IMG/VR virus record: IMGVR_UViG_3300050821_008818
Span: 7,364-71,363 of that record
Reading direction: 5' to 3' (one strand)
DNA length: 64,000 nt
Origin: a virus
In this document: piece after piece, positions 55,045 through 63,854 of the stretch
How positions within the stretch are numbered: position 1 is the stretch's first letter
Layout of the letters: each line of letters starts with the position of its first letter
The notes under the pieces: model-generated
The model's input: the letters and a program-made list of their open reading frames with translations, nothing else
What the model was told of the DNA's origin: nothing
The model's database searches: none
Program-made: the position numbers and the translations under genes

Positions 55045-55494
55045 AAGAGCCTTAATACCAAGCGCCGCCGCTAAGCTCAAATGAAGGGAATGACTTATTT
55101 CCTCGTGAATTTCATGCTCCTTGGCGCGCGCTGCGCCGGCAAGAAATGACCTCGGCGGAATGCGGCTGGTTCCTAGTTCTTGATAGACTGCTATCTTGCT
55201 ATTCGTTCCGACATAACAGGCGTGTTCGAGATCAACAACGGTGTGCTCGATAGTGTCTCTTATGTGAGTCCCATCTCGCAACAATGGTTCATTGGCTGAG
55301 TAGCCAAGGTGTTCGCGTTGCATCTGAGTTGACTCCGCAAGCTCCGGCCAGCCATAGTCATACGTCCCGATGACGCGTTTAGCTTCTTCCTCAACGATCT
55401 TGCCGGCATGCTCGAGTGCCTCGTGCTCCCACAGAAGATATCCGGCCTCAAACCCTGCCAAAGACGCTGCAAATTCTCCTATGCTATGAGCCAC
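55030..55494 (-). CDS. tail completion protein (HK97 gp10/virion-morphogenesis-like)
   Basis: WPELAEST; YQELGTSRIPPRSFL. Confidence 0.75.
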   Translation of the reverse strand: MAHSIGEFAASLAGFEAGYLLWEHEALEHAGKIVEEEAKRVIGTYDYGWPELAESTQMQREHLGYSANEPLLRDGTHIRDTIEHTVVDLEHACYVGTNSKIAVYQELGTSRIPPRSFLAGAARAKEHEIHEEISHSLHLSLAAALGIKALSKKP

Positions 55495-55687
55495 GTTCGT
55501 CCATATCTTTCCAGCGCAGTTGGCGCCAATCGAACTCGCCGCCCTCTAATTCGCCCATAATCACAGTCCATGCTATGACATCGGCAGTCATGCCGCATTC
55601 AACCATCGACCACGCAACGTCAAACGGGACACCGCCCTTAATCAAGCCGAGTGCCTGGCGGGTCGCGGTGTCCTCACTAAGTTTTTT
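55484..55687 (-). CDS. -1 frameshift extension of tail assembly chaperone
   Basis: A AAA AAC at 55687-55681; -1 frame reads LSEDTATRQALGLIKGGVPFDVAWSM...ELEGGEFDW. Confidence 0.75.
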   Translation of the reverse strand, partial: KKLSEDTATRQALGLIKGGVPFDVAWSMVECGMTADVIAWTVIMGELEGGEFDWRQLRWKDMDERGS

Positions 55688-56082
55688 GCTTCTTCTACTA
55701 TATCGGCTGGAGGCTCAACGGTTGTCATGAGTTTCGAAAATGCCGTCGCGGCGGCTTCCATTCCTTCTTCGTCAAGCCGATCTAGGATAGCGTCTAGCTC
55801 TTCGCGGTTTTTGGGAAATGGTAGAGGATTTTCGTCGATCTCTCGTACATGTGCGGCTAGAACTAGACGCCAATTGCGAGGTATAGACGACTCGTCACCG
55901 GTATCCGGGTTAGTGACTTTCGTAACGCCCTGCAGGTCTGATGTGAGCCCTTGGATTTTCTCCATTTGCGACTGTTTTAGCCGCTGAACGCTAATAAGGC
56001 GCCCCCACTTGTCAGCAGATTTTTCTTTTTGCTGATAGCGAGCTGCACGCGCTAGAAATTCGTCGCTCTTTGTTTCTGTCAT
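55642..56082 (-). CDS. tail assembly chaperone
   Basis: follows tube gene; ends just after slippery site. Confidence 0.75.
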   Translation of the reverse strand: MTETKSDEFLARAARYQQKEKSADKWGRLISVQRLKQSQMEKIQGLTSDLQGVTKVTNPDTGDESSIPRNWRLVLAAHVREIDENPLPFPKNREELDAILDRLDEEGMEAAATAFSKLMTTVEPPADIVEEAKNLVRTPRPARHSA

Positions 56083-56519
56083 TACGCGATCTGCACCCTG
56101 TCAGAAGCCTTACCAGTTAGTGTCATCGTGACCGGCTTTTTACGATCAACATCACCATGATCTGAGAGGCGGAACACAAACTTAGTGTACTGGTAGTGTG
56201 ACACTGTACCGTCGGGGTTATTGATCGTTTCGTTAAGATAGCCGGGGGACAGTGCCAATCCGGCATTGAATTGCTTGTCGAGATTTATGATGAAATTCTC
56301 AAGCGCCGGAGTTGTGCGTGTGATAGTCATCGAGATGGACCACCCAGCAGGCACATAATCAAACCGCGGAACGGCGTTATATGGCTCCGATGAGATATCG
56401 TGATAGTGAGGGGTGATCTTGACATTCTGAACATCGCCGAGATCGACAGTTGACGCTGTATTCCCGTCATAATAGATGAAGGAATAATCAACGCCAATGC
56501 CCATTGTATTGGCGGACAT
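56082..56519 (-). CDS. tail tube protein
   Basis: 145 aa directly after sheath. Confidence 0.7.
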   Translation of the reverse strand: MSANTMGIGVDYSFIYYDGNTASTVDLGDVQNVKITPHYHDISSEPYNAVPRFDYVPAGWSISMTITRTTPALENFIINLDKQFNAGLALSPGYLNETINNPDGTVSHYQYTKFVFRLSDHGDVDRKKPVTMTLTGKASDRVQIA

Positions 56520-56559
56520 TTATATCTCCTAAAATAAATTTTACGGGAATGACGGGAAA

Positions 56560-58149
56560 TTAAACTATGAATGCAGCCGGGGGCGGAGTCGTTTGCACGG
56601 TAACCGTGACGATACCCGCGGGACCTCCGGCAATTTTCACGACGATGTATCGAATGACGTTCAGGAAGGCGACCGTCCAATAGATGAACAGATAGCCTCT
56701 AGCCTGTAAGCTCAACGGGTTGTTATTTAGATCACACTGAACCGCCCACGAGTCGATCATCCCCTGCCCGCTGCTGCCAGATTCCGGCGCGGCAAGTTGT
56801 GCCGATAAGCCATCAAATAGCGCCTTCGCTTTCGCGCGAGTGGGATCGTTAGGCTTTGAAGACTGTAGCTGACCAACCAGAGCACCAACCGCAGTTGACT
56901 GCGCAGTTGCCGCAAGAAAATTGATCATCGTGGAATATTCAATGCCTTGCGCAGCGGTGTTTGAAGACATATTGCGTCCGGTGCCAAAGGCGAAATAGTT
57001 TCCGCCCCATGTCGTAGGCGGCCCGATAATGAGATCGACGCCACCAAGTTCAGCTATGGAAAGCTCAGCATTGGAGTAGGTTTGGCCGGTCTGCGAGCGC
57101 TGCGTCGCTGAGATCCCACGCAACACCTTGTTAAGAGGCGACTGCTCGGGCGACTGATTGCCGACAATCCCAAGGCCGAACGCGGAAGGATTGATAAGAC
57201 GCGAAATCTGATTCTGATTGTCGTAGAATGTGGGATAATCGCCGACAATGAGCCAGCTTGAGAAGCTGTCAACTCCTGCAGAAACACGCGTTGCAACAGC
57301 TCCGCTAATCGTATCGCCTGAGACAGTTCCGTGAACCGCCAACATATTCTCGGAAAGCGCAAAGCTGTCGATGATTGCGTACTTAGTGGAGTCGGTCAGA
57401 TCGCAACAAGTGAAGGCGCGCGCGCCAGAACTGCGAAGAGCGTACATTCCCTTTCGAGGCGAGGTGTCCACACCAATAAGAGTTGCATCGGTAATAGTTG
57501 TCGTTCCGTCATTTCCTCCAGAAAGGGTGACTGGGGCTCCAAGAATTGGTGCAGCGACACCGGCGCCAGCCGATGCCGTTACAATCATAGAAGGGCCGCG
57601 CTGGGAATTACCGTTATTGATTGCCGCGGCTGCAGCTACCCAGAAAGCGTTACCAGCGCCAGTGATATTGTTGAATTGTTCCGGCGCGCGTCCAGGCATA
57701 GAAACAATCAGCATGCTCGAATTAGCGAGAGTGCCGGAGACTATATTGAACTGGATGGCGTTGCCAAGCACGCCGGTATATTTCGCGGTTATCGTGATAC
57801 ACGTCGATTGTATCACCGCCGATGCGGCGACGTCAGTGCCGTCCGTTACCCTAACGCAATTGTAGCCAATCGCACCGCCGACCTGAGACGAGGCCCAGAT
57901 ATAAGAGGCGATGTCGTACTTGTATCCAAGCGCACCGCGGCTTGTCGGAACGCCAAGAGCAAACGCCGCATCATTCGGCTTTGAAGCTGGGATAATCGCG
58001 CCAACAGGTCCCCACGATGCGACTCCAACAAGACCAACTACATTAGTAGGTACACCCGCAAGAAATGGCGAGGGCGGAATAATATCGACGTATACGTTGG
58101 GTACATTTAACGCAGCTAGATTGTATTGACCGTCAAGAAACGTCGGCAT
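56560..58149 (-). CDS. tail sheath protein
   Basis: VP.VYV.I; G.VG.ASWGP; LSGGNDG; V.CD.NNNP. Confidence 0.85.
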   Translation of the reverse strand: MPTFLDGQYNLAALNVPNVYVDIIPPSPFLAGVPTNVVGLVGVASWGPVGAIIPASKPNDAAFALGVPTSRGALGYKYDIASYIWASSQVGGAIGYNCVRVTDGTDVAASAVIQSTCITITAKYTGVLGNAIQFNIVSGTLANSSMLIVSMPGRAPEQFNNITGAGNAFWVAAAAAINNGNSQRGPSMIVTASAGAGVAAPILGAPVTLSGGNDGTTTITDATLIGVDTSPRKGMYALRSSGARAFTCCDLTDSTKYAIIDSFALSENMLAVHGTVSGDTISGAVATRVSAGVDSFSSWLIVGDYPTFYDNQNQISRLINPSAFGLGIVGNQSPEQSPLNKVLRGISATQRSQTGQTYSNAELSIAELGGVDLIIGPPTTWGGNYFAFGTGRNMSSNTAAQGIEYSTMINFLAATAQSTAVGALVGQLQSSKPNDPTRAKAKALFDGLSAQLAAPESGSSGQGMIDSWAVQCDLNNNPLSLQARGYLFIYWTVAFLNVIRYIVVKIAGGPAGIVTVTVQTTPPPAAFIV

Positions 58150-58165
58150 TTAAAAAAATCCCAAT

Positions 58166-58188
58166 AAAAAAGGCGCCGCGAGGCGCCT
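58166..58188 (-). terminator. intrinsic terminator before sheath gene
   Basis: AGGCGCC-TCGC-GGCGCCT-TTTTT on minus strand. Confidence 0.75.
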
Positions 58189-58193
58189 GTGCA

Positions 58194-58222
58194 TTGCAAT
58201 TTGAAAATATCTTAATTAATCT
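58194..58222 (+). promoter_or_regulatory. sigma70-type promoter of tRNA-like RNA C
   Basis: TTGCAA-N17-TAATCT ends 9 nt before the RNA. Confidence 0.65.
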
Positions 58223-58231
58223 CTTTAGACA

Positions 58232-58324
58232 GGCCATGACCCTTGGAGGGAGATGCGGCGGCTCTAGTGTGAGCCAACACACCCGTATAAGTGCTTGTGG
58301 GTTCAATTCCCACCATGGCCACCA
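58232..58324 (+). ncRNA. tRNA-like RNA C (93 nt, CCA-ended)
   Basis: GGCCATG/CATGGCC acceptor stem plus ACCA; GTGGG-TTCAATT-CCCAC T-arm; non-canonical D and anticodon arms. Confidence 0.8.
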
Positions 58325-58332
58325 CAAATTAC

Positions 58333-58518
58333 TTATTCTTTTTCCGGCTCAGCTGGTTGGTCAGCCGGTACATACCGGAACGGATTGTCCGGAGCCTTAA
58401 CCTGCGTTACGAAATGATGATGGTGTTCCATTACCTTTTCAATCTCAGCAGGATCGGAGATCGTCGAGCCACGCGCATAATCCCAAAAGGGGACCTGGAC
58501 CACGAGATGAATATCCAT
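58333..58518 (-). CDS. small structural-region protein
   Basis: HLVVQVPF..YARG..I.D. Confidence 0.6.
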   Translation of the reverse strand: MDIHLVVQVPFWDYARGSTISDPAEIEKVMEHHHHFVTQVKAPDNPFRYVPADQPAEPEKE

Positions 58519-58521
58519 GAT

Positions 58522-59364
58522 TTAATTATCCAATTGACGGGCAACTGTTACAGTGCCGGTTACAGTATCTTTTGTTGAAAGTGTATTCGCTACGGCGGTA
58601 ACTTCGACGCCGGGGAATTGCTCAATTGTCGCATACTCAGCGTCCACAATCATGTCGCGCCGGTATACCGTCAGCGCTTCCCATGTATCAATCACATTGG
58701 TGCGGTTGTAGACTAAAATCATTTGCGAAGTGTCGGGCAATGATACGCGGACATTGGCCGACAGAGACACGCTTACCGCGCTGGCAATCACCGTCCGAGC
58801 GGCTGGAGTTGGCGCCCACACGGTCACCATAATACCCTGGCGTTGGCGATGTACAACGCGCCCCAAAGTTGCCTGCGAGCCAACCCTCGCCACCACATAG
58901 GTAGCGCCGACAATCGTTAGCGTGTTGCCTAATAGAGACGAAGAGGGATAATTTACCTGAATATCCGCAAGCAACGCAGAAAGAATCGCGGCTGACGTTA
59001 CGCCCGTCCGGGAAAATGCATATTTGTTGTCAAGGACCACCGCGCAGAACTCAGTAGATCCAGGCGTCCCGGTGAGTGTTACAGCCGTACTAGCGACAGA
59101 CACCGTCATTCCGTGAACTGGCGGAACGATGGTGTAAAATTCGTCTAAAATCTGAAACGGAGTCGCCGTGGCGCCAGCCATCGGAAAAATCGAGACATTC
59201 GATATTCCGGCAGCCATATCCGCATCGAGCTGCGCCGGTATAGGCCAGCCGGGAAAGATGCGAACTTGCGCGCCGCTAATACTAGGTTGGCTAATTCCGT
59301 TCGGATAAACCGCGGTTGACACAAGGGACGCAATGGCGTTCGACACATCATCAATGTCCGCCAT
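58522..59364 (-). CDS. neck/tail terminator-like protein
   Basis: position between head-closure and sheath genes. Confidence 0.55.
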   Translation of the reverse strand: MADIDDVSNAIASLVSTAVYPNGISQPSISGAQVRIFPGWPIPAQLDADMAAGISNVSIFPMAGATATPFQILDEFYTIVPPVHGMTVSVASTAVTLTGTPGSTEFCAVVLDNKYAFSRTGVTSAAILSALLADIQVNYPSSSLLGNTLTIVGATYVVARVGSQATLGRVVHRQRQGIMVTVWAPTPAARTVIASAVSVSLSANVRVSLPDTSQMILVYNRTNVIDTWEALTVYRRDMIVDAEYATIEQFPGVEVTAVANTLSTKDTVTGTVTVARQLDN

Positions 59365-59368
59365 CGCC

Positions 59369-59755
59369 TTATGCTTCCAATCTTATTCCGATAAGCTGAT
59401 AACCAAGCGGCGCCCAAGCGGTCATGCTAATTTGATATCTAACACCCTCATCGTCGACGAGAATGTCCCGATCTTTAATCGTGCCTTTTGTTATAGCGTT
59501 CGCCGGAAAATAGATCGCCCATTGTCCGGGACCGGGCGCATCAGCTGGCAGCAATCCTTGGCCTTTGACTCTGCCCATACCCTTAGCTTGAATAGTGCAT
59601 GGGATTCCTGTTGCGATGACTGTTTCGCCCTGCGTACCGCTTCCCGCGCCTTGAGCCATTCCAGAATATCCCAGAAGCCCGATGTTTGGCGAACCTCCAG
59701 CTACAGTTTCAGAGCGATGGACGTCGACCGTGCGCGGATAAAGAAACGAGGTCAT
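59369..59755 (-). CDS. head-closure-like protein
   Basis: 128 aa beta-rich; IKDRDILVDDEG.RYQI. Confidence 0.6.
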   Translation of the reverse strand: MTSFLYPRTVDVHRSETVAGGSPNIGLLGYSGMAQGAGSGTQGETVIATGIPCTIQAKGMGRVKGQGLLPADAPGPGQWAIYFPANAITKGTIKDRDILVDDEGVRYQISMTAWAPLGYQLIGIRLEA

Positions 59756-60663
59756 CAGAACATCGTCTTAGCTTTGAAGGGATCGAGAACTTCTCTGGTC
59801 TCATCATCCATGACCGACGCGCCGAATCGCTCAATTTTGCTGTTTCCGGCGGCCAATGACTTTATTTGTCCTGACAGCGCTCCACCGGTCGCAGAAATGC
59901 CAGCAGCTATCGCGATAGTGGCCGATACAATCGGATCAGGCGGATTTATATATCCGGCAACGTAGCGCACGCGAACGTCCGAATAATAGGCCATTAGCAG
60001 GCCAGCCGGGACCCATATCTCAGCGGTAGCATTTGACCAAGAACATTGCGCAAGTGGAATCGGTATCCATTGCGGTGGCCCTCCAAACGTCTGCACGGCC
60101 GCCAGTAGATTCATTTCCTGATAAAGTCCTCCCACCTGGTCGCTCCGCCTGCCATACGCATACCGGCCGAGTAGTGAGAGAACGTTGACCATCGGTCCTT
60201 TGGCGGTTCTGATGATCGAACGCTTGCTCGGGCAATTTCGTTCTTCGGTGATCGTTAAACCTGTCTGCGCTAAAGCCCCTGAAGAATGAGAAAATTGCAC
60301 GCTGCCTAGAGTAACCTGATTGTTACCAATCGTTGACACTACCAGGCATGCTTCTCGAAGTGTTGAACTAGAATTATCAAGGACTAAAACTTCACCAACA
60401 GTATCCGACTTAATGAGCGCCGGTGCGACTGTGGCCACGACGTTCGTTCCAGGCGATATCGGGCCGGAAATAGTAAATGTCAGTTCCGGCGTTGCGGACA
60501 CCATCGAGCATGGGTTGCCGTTGGCATCGATATTATAAAGAAGCCCCTCCGGCCGTCTCAGATAAGCATCAACAAACGCACTCGCCTGCGTAGCCAAGCT
60601 AACAGTGATAGGAGGCGTAATGCCATACCCATCCGTGATATTGGCGAGATAATTTGAGGCCAC
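59755..60663 (-). CDS. head-tail adaptor with inserted domain
   Basis: ASAFVDAYL.R; V.Y.AGY..PP..I..A. Confidence 0.65.
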   Translation of the reverse strand: MASNYLANITDGYGITPPITVSLATQASAFVDAYLRRPEGLLYNIDANGNPCSMVSATPELTFTISGPISPGTNVVATVAPALIKSDTVGEVLVLDNSSSTLREACLVVSTIGNNQVTLGSVQFSHSSGALAQTGLTITEERNCPSKRSIIRTAKGPMVNVLSLLGRYAYGRRSDQVGGLYQEMNLLAAVQTFGGPPQWIPIPLAQCSWSNATAEIWVPAGLLMAYYSDVRVRYVAGYINPPDPIVSATIAIAAGISATGGALSGQIKSLAAGNSKIERFGASVMDDETREVLDPFKAKTMF

Positions 60664-60664
60664 A

Positions 60665-61063
60665 TTATGTGCCGTTCAAAAGACATGCAAATCCGCTTAC
60701 CGTCGCTGTCGACCCGCTAGTATTATGGATAGCGACTTGAAACGATTGGAACGGAAGACCGCTCGTCATATTGTTCACATTAGATACGTTCGCCGCTAGC
60801 ACTGTTGCCACCGGAGCTGTTTGTGGAATAGTACCAGCCGCATCAATAAACGGCAGAACTTGAATGGTCCCAGCTTGCGTCAAAGTCACTGCCGCGGCGA
60901 TTGATTTGAAGCCATCAGCATAGATCACAGGGCTTGTCCATGTGACGGTCGTAAGGATCGTAGCTGGAACCCCAAGCAGGGCGCTAAGATCGGCCTGTGC
61001 TACAGGACCTTGCGCAACAGGCTCCCAATATTGAGATTCAAGCTCTGTAACTAGACGGGACAT
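60665..61063 (-). CDS. head-associated hypothetical protein
   Basis: 132 aa beta-rich, after capsid. Confidence 0.55.
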   Translation of the reverse strand: MSRLVTELESQYWEPVAQGPVAQADLSALLGVPATILTTVTWTSPVIYADGFKSIAAAVTLTQAGTIQVLPFIDAAGTIPQTAPVATVLAANVSNVNNMTSGLPFQSFQVAIHNTSGSTATVSGFACLLNGT

Positions 61064-61348
61064 TTAGGCTACCTTCACACCGGCGGGAATATGGAGTTTC
61101 GACTTTGAAGCCAGGCCGTATTTGATCATGTACTCGCCAAGATTTTTGTCGACTTCTGCGCGGCCAAATTTAAATTCGACCATTAAGTCAATGGGCTCGT
61201 TTTTCTTGTTCACCCATTCGGATGACGGCAAATCCTGACCCTCGAGGTGACGCGCGGGAGAAACAGACATAAAAAAAGACGGCATCGCTGCCGCCTTGGA
61301 GCCGTTGTTGTAGACGATCATAAATGCCTCATCGATACAATTCTGCAA
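61064..61348 (-). CDS. hypothetical protein
   Basis: VEFKFGRAEV...GEYMI..GLA. Confidence 0.55.
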   Translation of the reverse strand: MQNCIDEAFMIVYNNGSKAAAMPSFFMSVSPARHLEGQDLPSSEWVNKKNEPIDLMVEFKFGRAEVDKNLGEYMIKYGLASKSKLHIPAGVKVA

Positions 61349-61413
61349 TAAATAACAATACGGAGCCGATCACGAATAAACCGGCTCCGATTAGTGCTAA
61401 TGTATGACTCAAC

Positions 61414-62451
61414 TTACGGACGAATCACTTGCACAAGGCGATGAGCATATCCAAAGCCTTTGACAATAAGAGCATCAAATACGATACCAACATACTGACC
61501 TTGCAAGCCGGACAGCAACCCGAGCTGGAATAGACGCGGCTGTAGATTACCGTCACCACCATGGACCACCGGCATTTCGATGTCCTTTTCGGTGACGATG
61601 ACCGCGTAGTAGCCCTTCTGTCCAGCCGGAACAGCCGAGAATCCGTATGCTGTGTTTCCGGCAGCAGTAATAGCCGCAGACAGGAACGGATCGGCAATCA
61701 GCGGTATCGGTCCAACCTGGGTCTGGATGGTACGCACCCATACGCCAGCGGTCACCTCGATCTTGTCGAAGGTGATCTGTGCGGCCTTGGCCTCACGATC
61801 GATATAGTCGCCAAGGATCGGATCGATATAGATCGCGGTCGGCTTGATGACGTAGGTCGTGTTGGCGGCCATCTGCGCAACCTGCGCCTTGATACCGTCA
61901 ATGATCGATGCGCCCTGCGCAACCGAACCGGTAGTCGTAATCTGCGTCAAAGCAGACACATACTGGGTTGTCGTTGGCGTAGTAAGCGACGTATCAGTTC
62001 CGGTCCAGACTGCGTTGGCCGAAAGAACAACGATTGAAGAAACGATATCCTCAATGTCCTTGGCCTCGACATAGGCGAACTGGCCTTGCTGGCGCGTGAC
62101 GTCGACGTCAAACAAGCTCAAGTTGGTTTGGTTCGTCAAGGCTTTTATCATGGCGGCCCTTTCAATTCTCGTCGGGCCGGTAGGAGTAGGCGTGATATTA
62201 CGCGGATCCGTAAAGGCAGCCGTTGCAATTGCCGTCTGCTCGAAATAACGATGCGGATGGCCGGTTGCAGGTCGTCTGTCAACACGTTGTAAAAAAATAG
62301 AGGTACGACGGATAATGTCGTAAATCTCGGATTCGTATTTGTTAATTTCGATAGCACCATTGCCAAGGAAATCTGCCGCAGCAGTAATTCTCTTCAATAT
62401 TGCGGCCTGTTCCTGAGGATTCAGGAACGCGGCAGGCGTCTCTAATGCCAT
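61414..62451 (-). CDS. major capsid protein
   Basis: 345 aa after scaffold/protease; GGAGG RBS; size and position fit an HK97-fold capsid. Confidence 0.8.
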   Translation of the reverse strand: MALETPAAFLNPQEQAAILKRITAAADFLGNGAIEINKYESEIYDIIRRTSIFLQRVDRRPATGHPHRYFEQTAIATAAFTDPRNITPTPTGPTRIERAAMIKALTNQTNLSLFDVDVTRQQGQFAYVEAKDIEDIVSSIVVLSANAVWTGTDTSLTTPTTTQYVSALTQITTTGSVAQGASIIDGIKAQVAQMAANTTYVIKPTAIYIDPILGDYIDREAKAAQITFDKIEVTAGVWVRTIQTQVGPIPLIADPFLSAAITAAGNTAYGFSAVPAGQKGYYAVIVTEKDIEMPVVHGGDGNLQPRLFQLGLLSGLQGQYVGIVFDALIVKGFGYAHRLVQVIRP

Positions 62452-62465
62452 GTTCGTTCCTCCAC

Positions 62466-63845
62466 TCAGATTATGCCGACGCGACCAAACTCACTTTTGA
62501 GCATGATCTTTTGGTTGGTTGTAAGATTGCCCTTGCTCAAAACTTCGTCCATCTTGGCAACGGAGAGTTTCTCGTCTCCCTCAGGCAGTGTCAGGCCAGA
62601 ACGAGCGAGTATTGAGCTTACCATCGGAGATACAGTCTTTCTCTCCGGCGGAGGGCTCGCAGCCTGCGCCGCAGCTTTCAAATCAGAAATCTGCGTTTCA
62701 GCTGCAGCTAGTTTGTCGAGTACCGGTTTCATGGCGGCCTCGACGGCTTTTGTAACGTCCTCAGGCGTCATGTCGTCGGTTCCTTTGTTGTTTGATGCTT
62801 CCATCGGGTAATCGGTATCGCGGAAAATATGCGGAATCTTACCCATTGCAGCCGATGCGCGCATATGCCCAACCATCTTCTTGAGCGTAATCACATGGCC
62901 CTGTTGAGGGTGCATGCCAACTCCAGCTGCTTCCATTGCAGCATGGCAAGCTTCGAGGGCCAACGCGTGTGGTTCTACTCTGTCGATAACAGGCGTCGAC
63001 GCTTCAATTTGCGGCGGCGCTTTCTTCAGCTCTTCAACAGAAGCAGCTAGGCTCGTCACCTGCGCAGCAAGGCCGTCGAGGAGCGCCTTAAGCTCTTCGT
63101 TCATGTCATCATCCTTTGCGGCCGATGCCGCTAGTGACGTTGTTTGATAGGCTGCCTTATCCTTTCGGAGGATAGCGGCGCCCGTGAACGCCAGCTCAAT
63201 GATTCTGAGAATGTCCGCGCCTGGATCTTCGACTAGAATCCGTTCAGCTTCGAATGAGAAGCCAAGCGCAGATTGTAGCGACTTGATGCTAGCGGCCACC
63301 TCTGGAAAATCAGCGGCGTAAACAAAGCCTTCGATCTCTATCGCGTTGCCAACAATGTTGGCTGATGTGATAATCCCGATCTTAGCTTGCGTATCGTGCC
63401 CGGAAAACATCGGGCTAAAATCAACTCCCATGCCGAGTAGCGAACCAAGCGCTTTCTCAGCGGCCTCCCTCGTAACAATGATTCGACGACTACCGGAACC
63501 ATGCGGAGGCTCGCTAGATGGTTCGTCGATCCGCGTCAGGATGCCGGAGAATGCCATCTTATTAGGATGGTCTCCATTGGAAATATTGAGCGACATGGCC
63601 TCAATGACCATTGCCGCTTTCATTTTGTGCCAGTCATCGGTATCGACACCCAACTCATGGGCTCGCTTTATAATGCGCGAGCGCGCGGACGACCTCTCTT
63701 CAGGCGTAAGATCCTGCGTGCGATCAACCATGTCCCATGCTAAGCGTGTGTGATGCTCGTCATTAATCGGCAGTTTGCGCTTGCCTGGCACAGCAAAATG
63801 CTCTTCCGGCAACGCATCGCGTGCCGGCTTATTCAGTTTGGACAT
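62466..63845 (-). CDS. prohead protease/scaffold with N-terminal DUF6582-like domain
   Basis: RDALPEEHFAVPGKRKLPI.DEHH.R.A; H...KIG.I; LGFSFE; FTGAAIL; coiled-coil C-terminus. Confidence 0.7.
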   Translation of the reverse strand: MSKLNKPARDALPEEHFAVPGKRKLPINDEHHTRLAWDMVDRTQDLTPEERSSARSRIIKRAHELGVDTDDWHKMKAAMVIEAMSLNISNGDHPNKMAFSGILTRIDEPSSEPPHGSGSRRIIVTREAAEKALGSLLGMGVDFSPMFSGHDTQAKIGIITSANIVGNAIEIEGFVYAADFPEVAASIKSLQSALGFSFEAERILVEDPGADILRIIELAFTGAAILRKDKAAYQTTSLAASAAKDDDMNEELKALLDGLAAQVTSLAASVEELKKAPPQIEASTPVIDRVEPHALALEACHAAMEAAGVGMHPQQGHVITLKKMVGHMRASAAMGKIPHIFRDTDYPMEASNNKGTDDMTPEDVTKAVEAAMKPVLDKLAAAETQISDLKAAAQAASPPPERKTVSPMVSSILARSGLTLPEGDEKLSVAKMDEVLSKGNLTTNQKIMLKSEFGRVGII

Positions 63846-63854
63846 ATGATTAGA

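Noticed and set aside
58232-58324. Canonical or amber-suppressor tRNA (contains CT-CTA-GT)
   Set aside because: No 5-bp stem closes a 7-nt loop around CTA; U8 and D-loop consensus are missing; genes read normally with TAG as stop
58133-58400. ORFs 58133-58327 and 58194-58400
   Set aside because: MWWPWWELNP is the typical antisense translation of a tRNA 3' end; the region is better explained as RNA, promoter and terminator
61361-61389. Hairpin CGGAGCCG/CGGCTCCG after the capsid gene as a fourth tRNA-like RNA
   Set aside because: Single stem-loop with no T-arm, CCA or promoter; more likely a terminator or stabiliser
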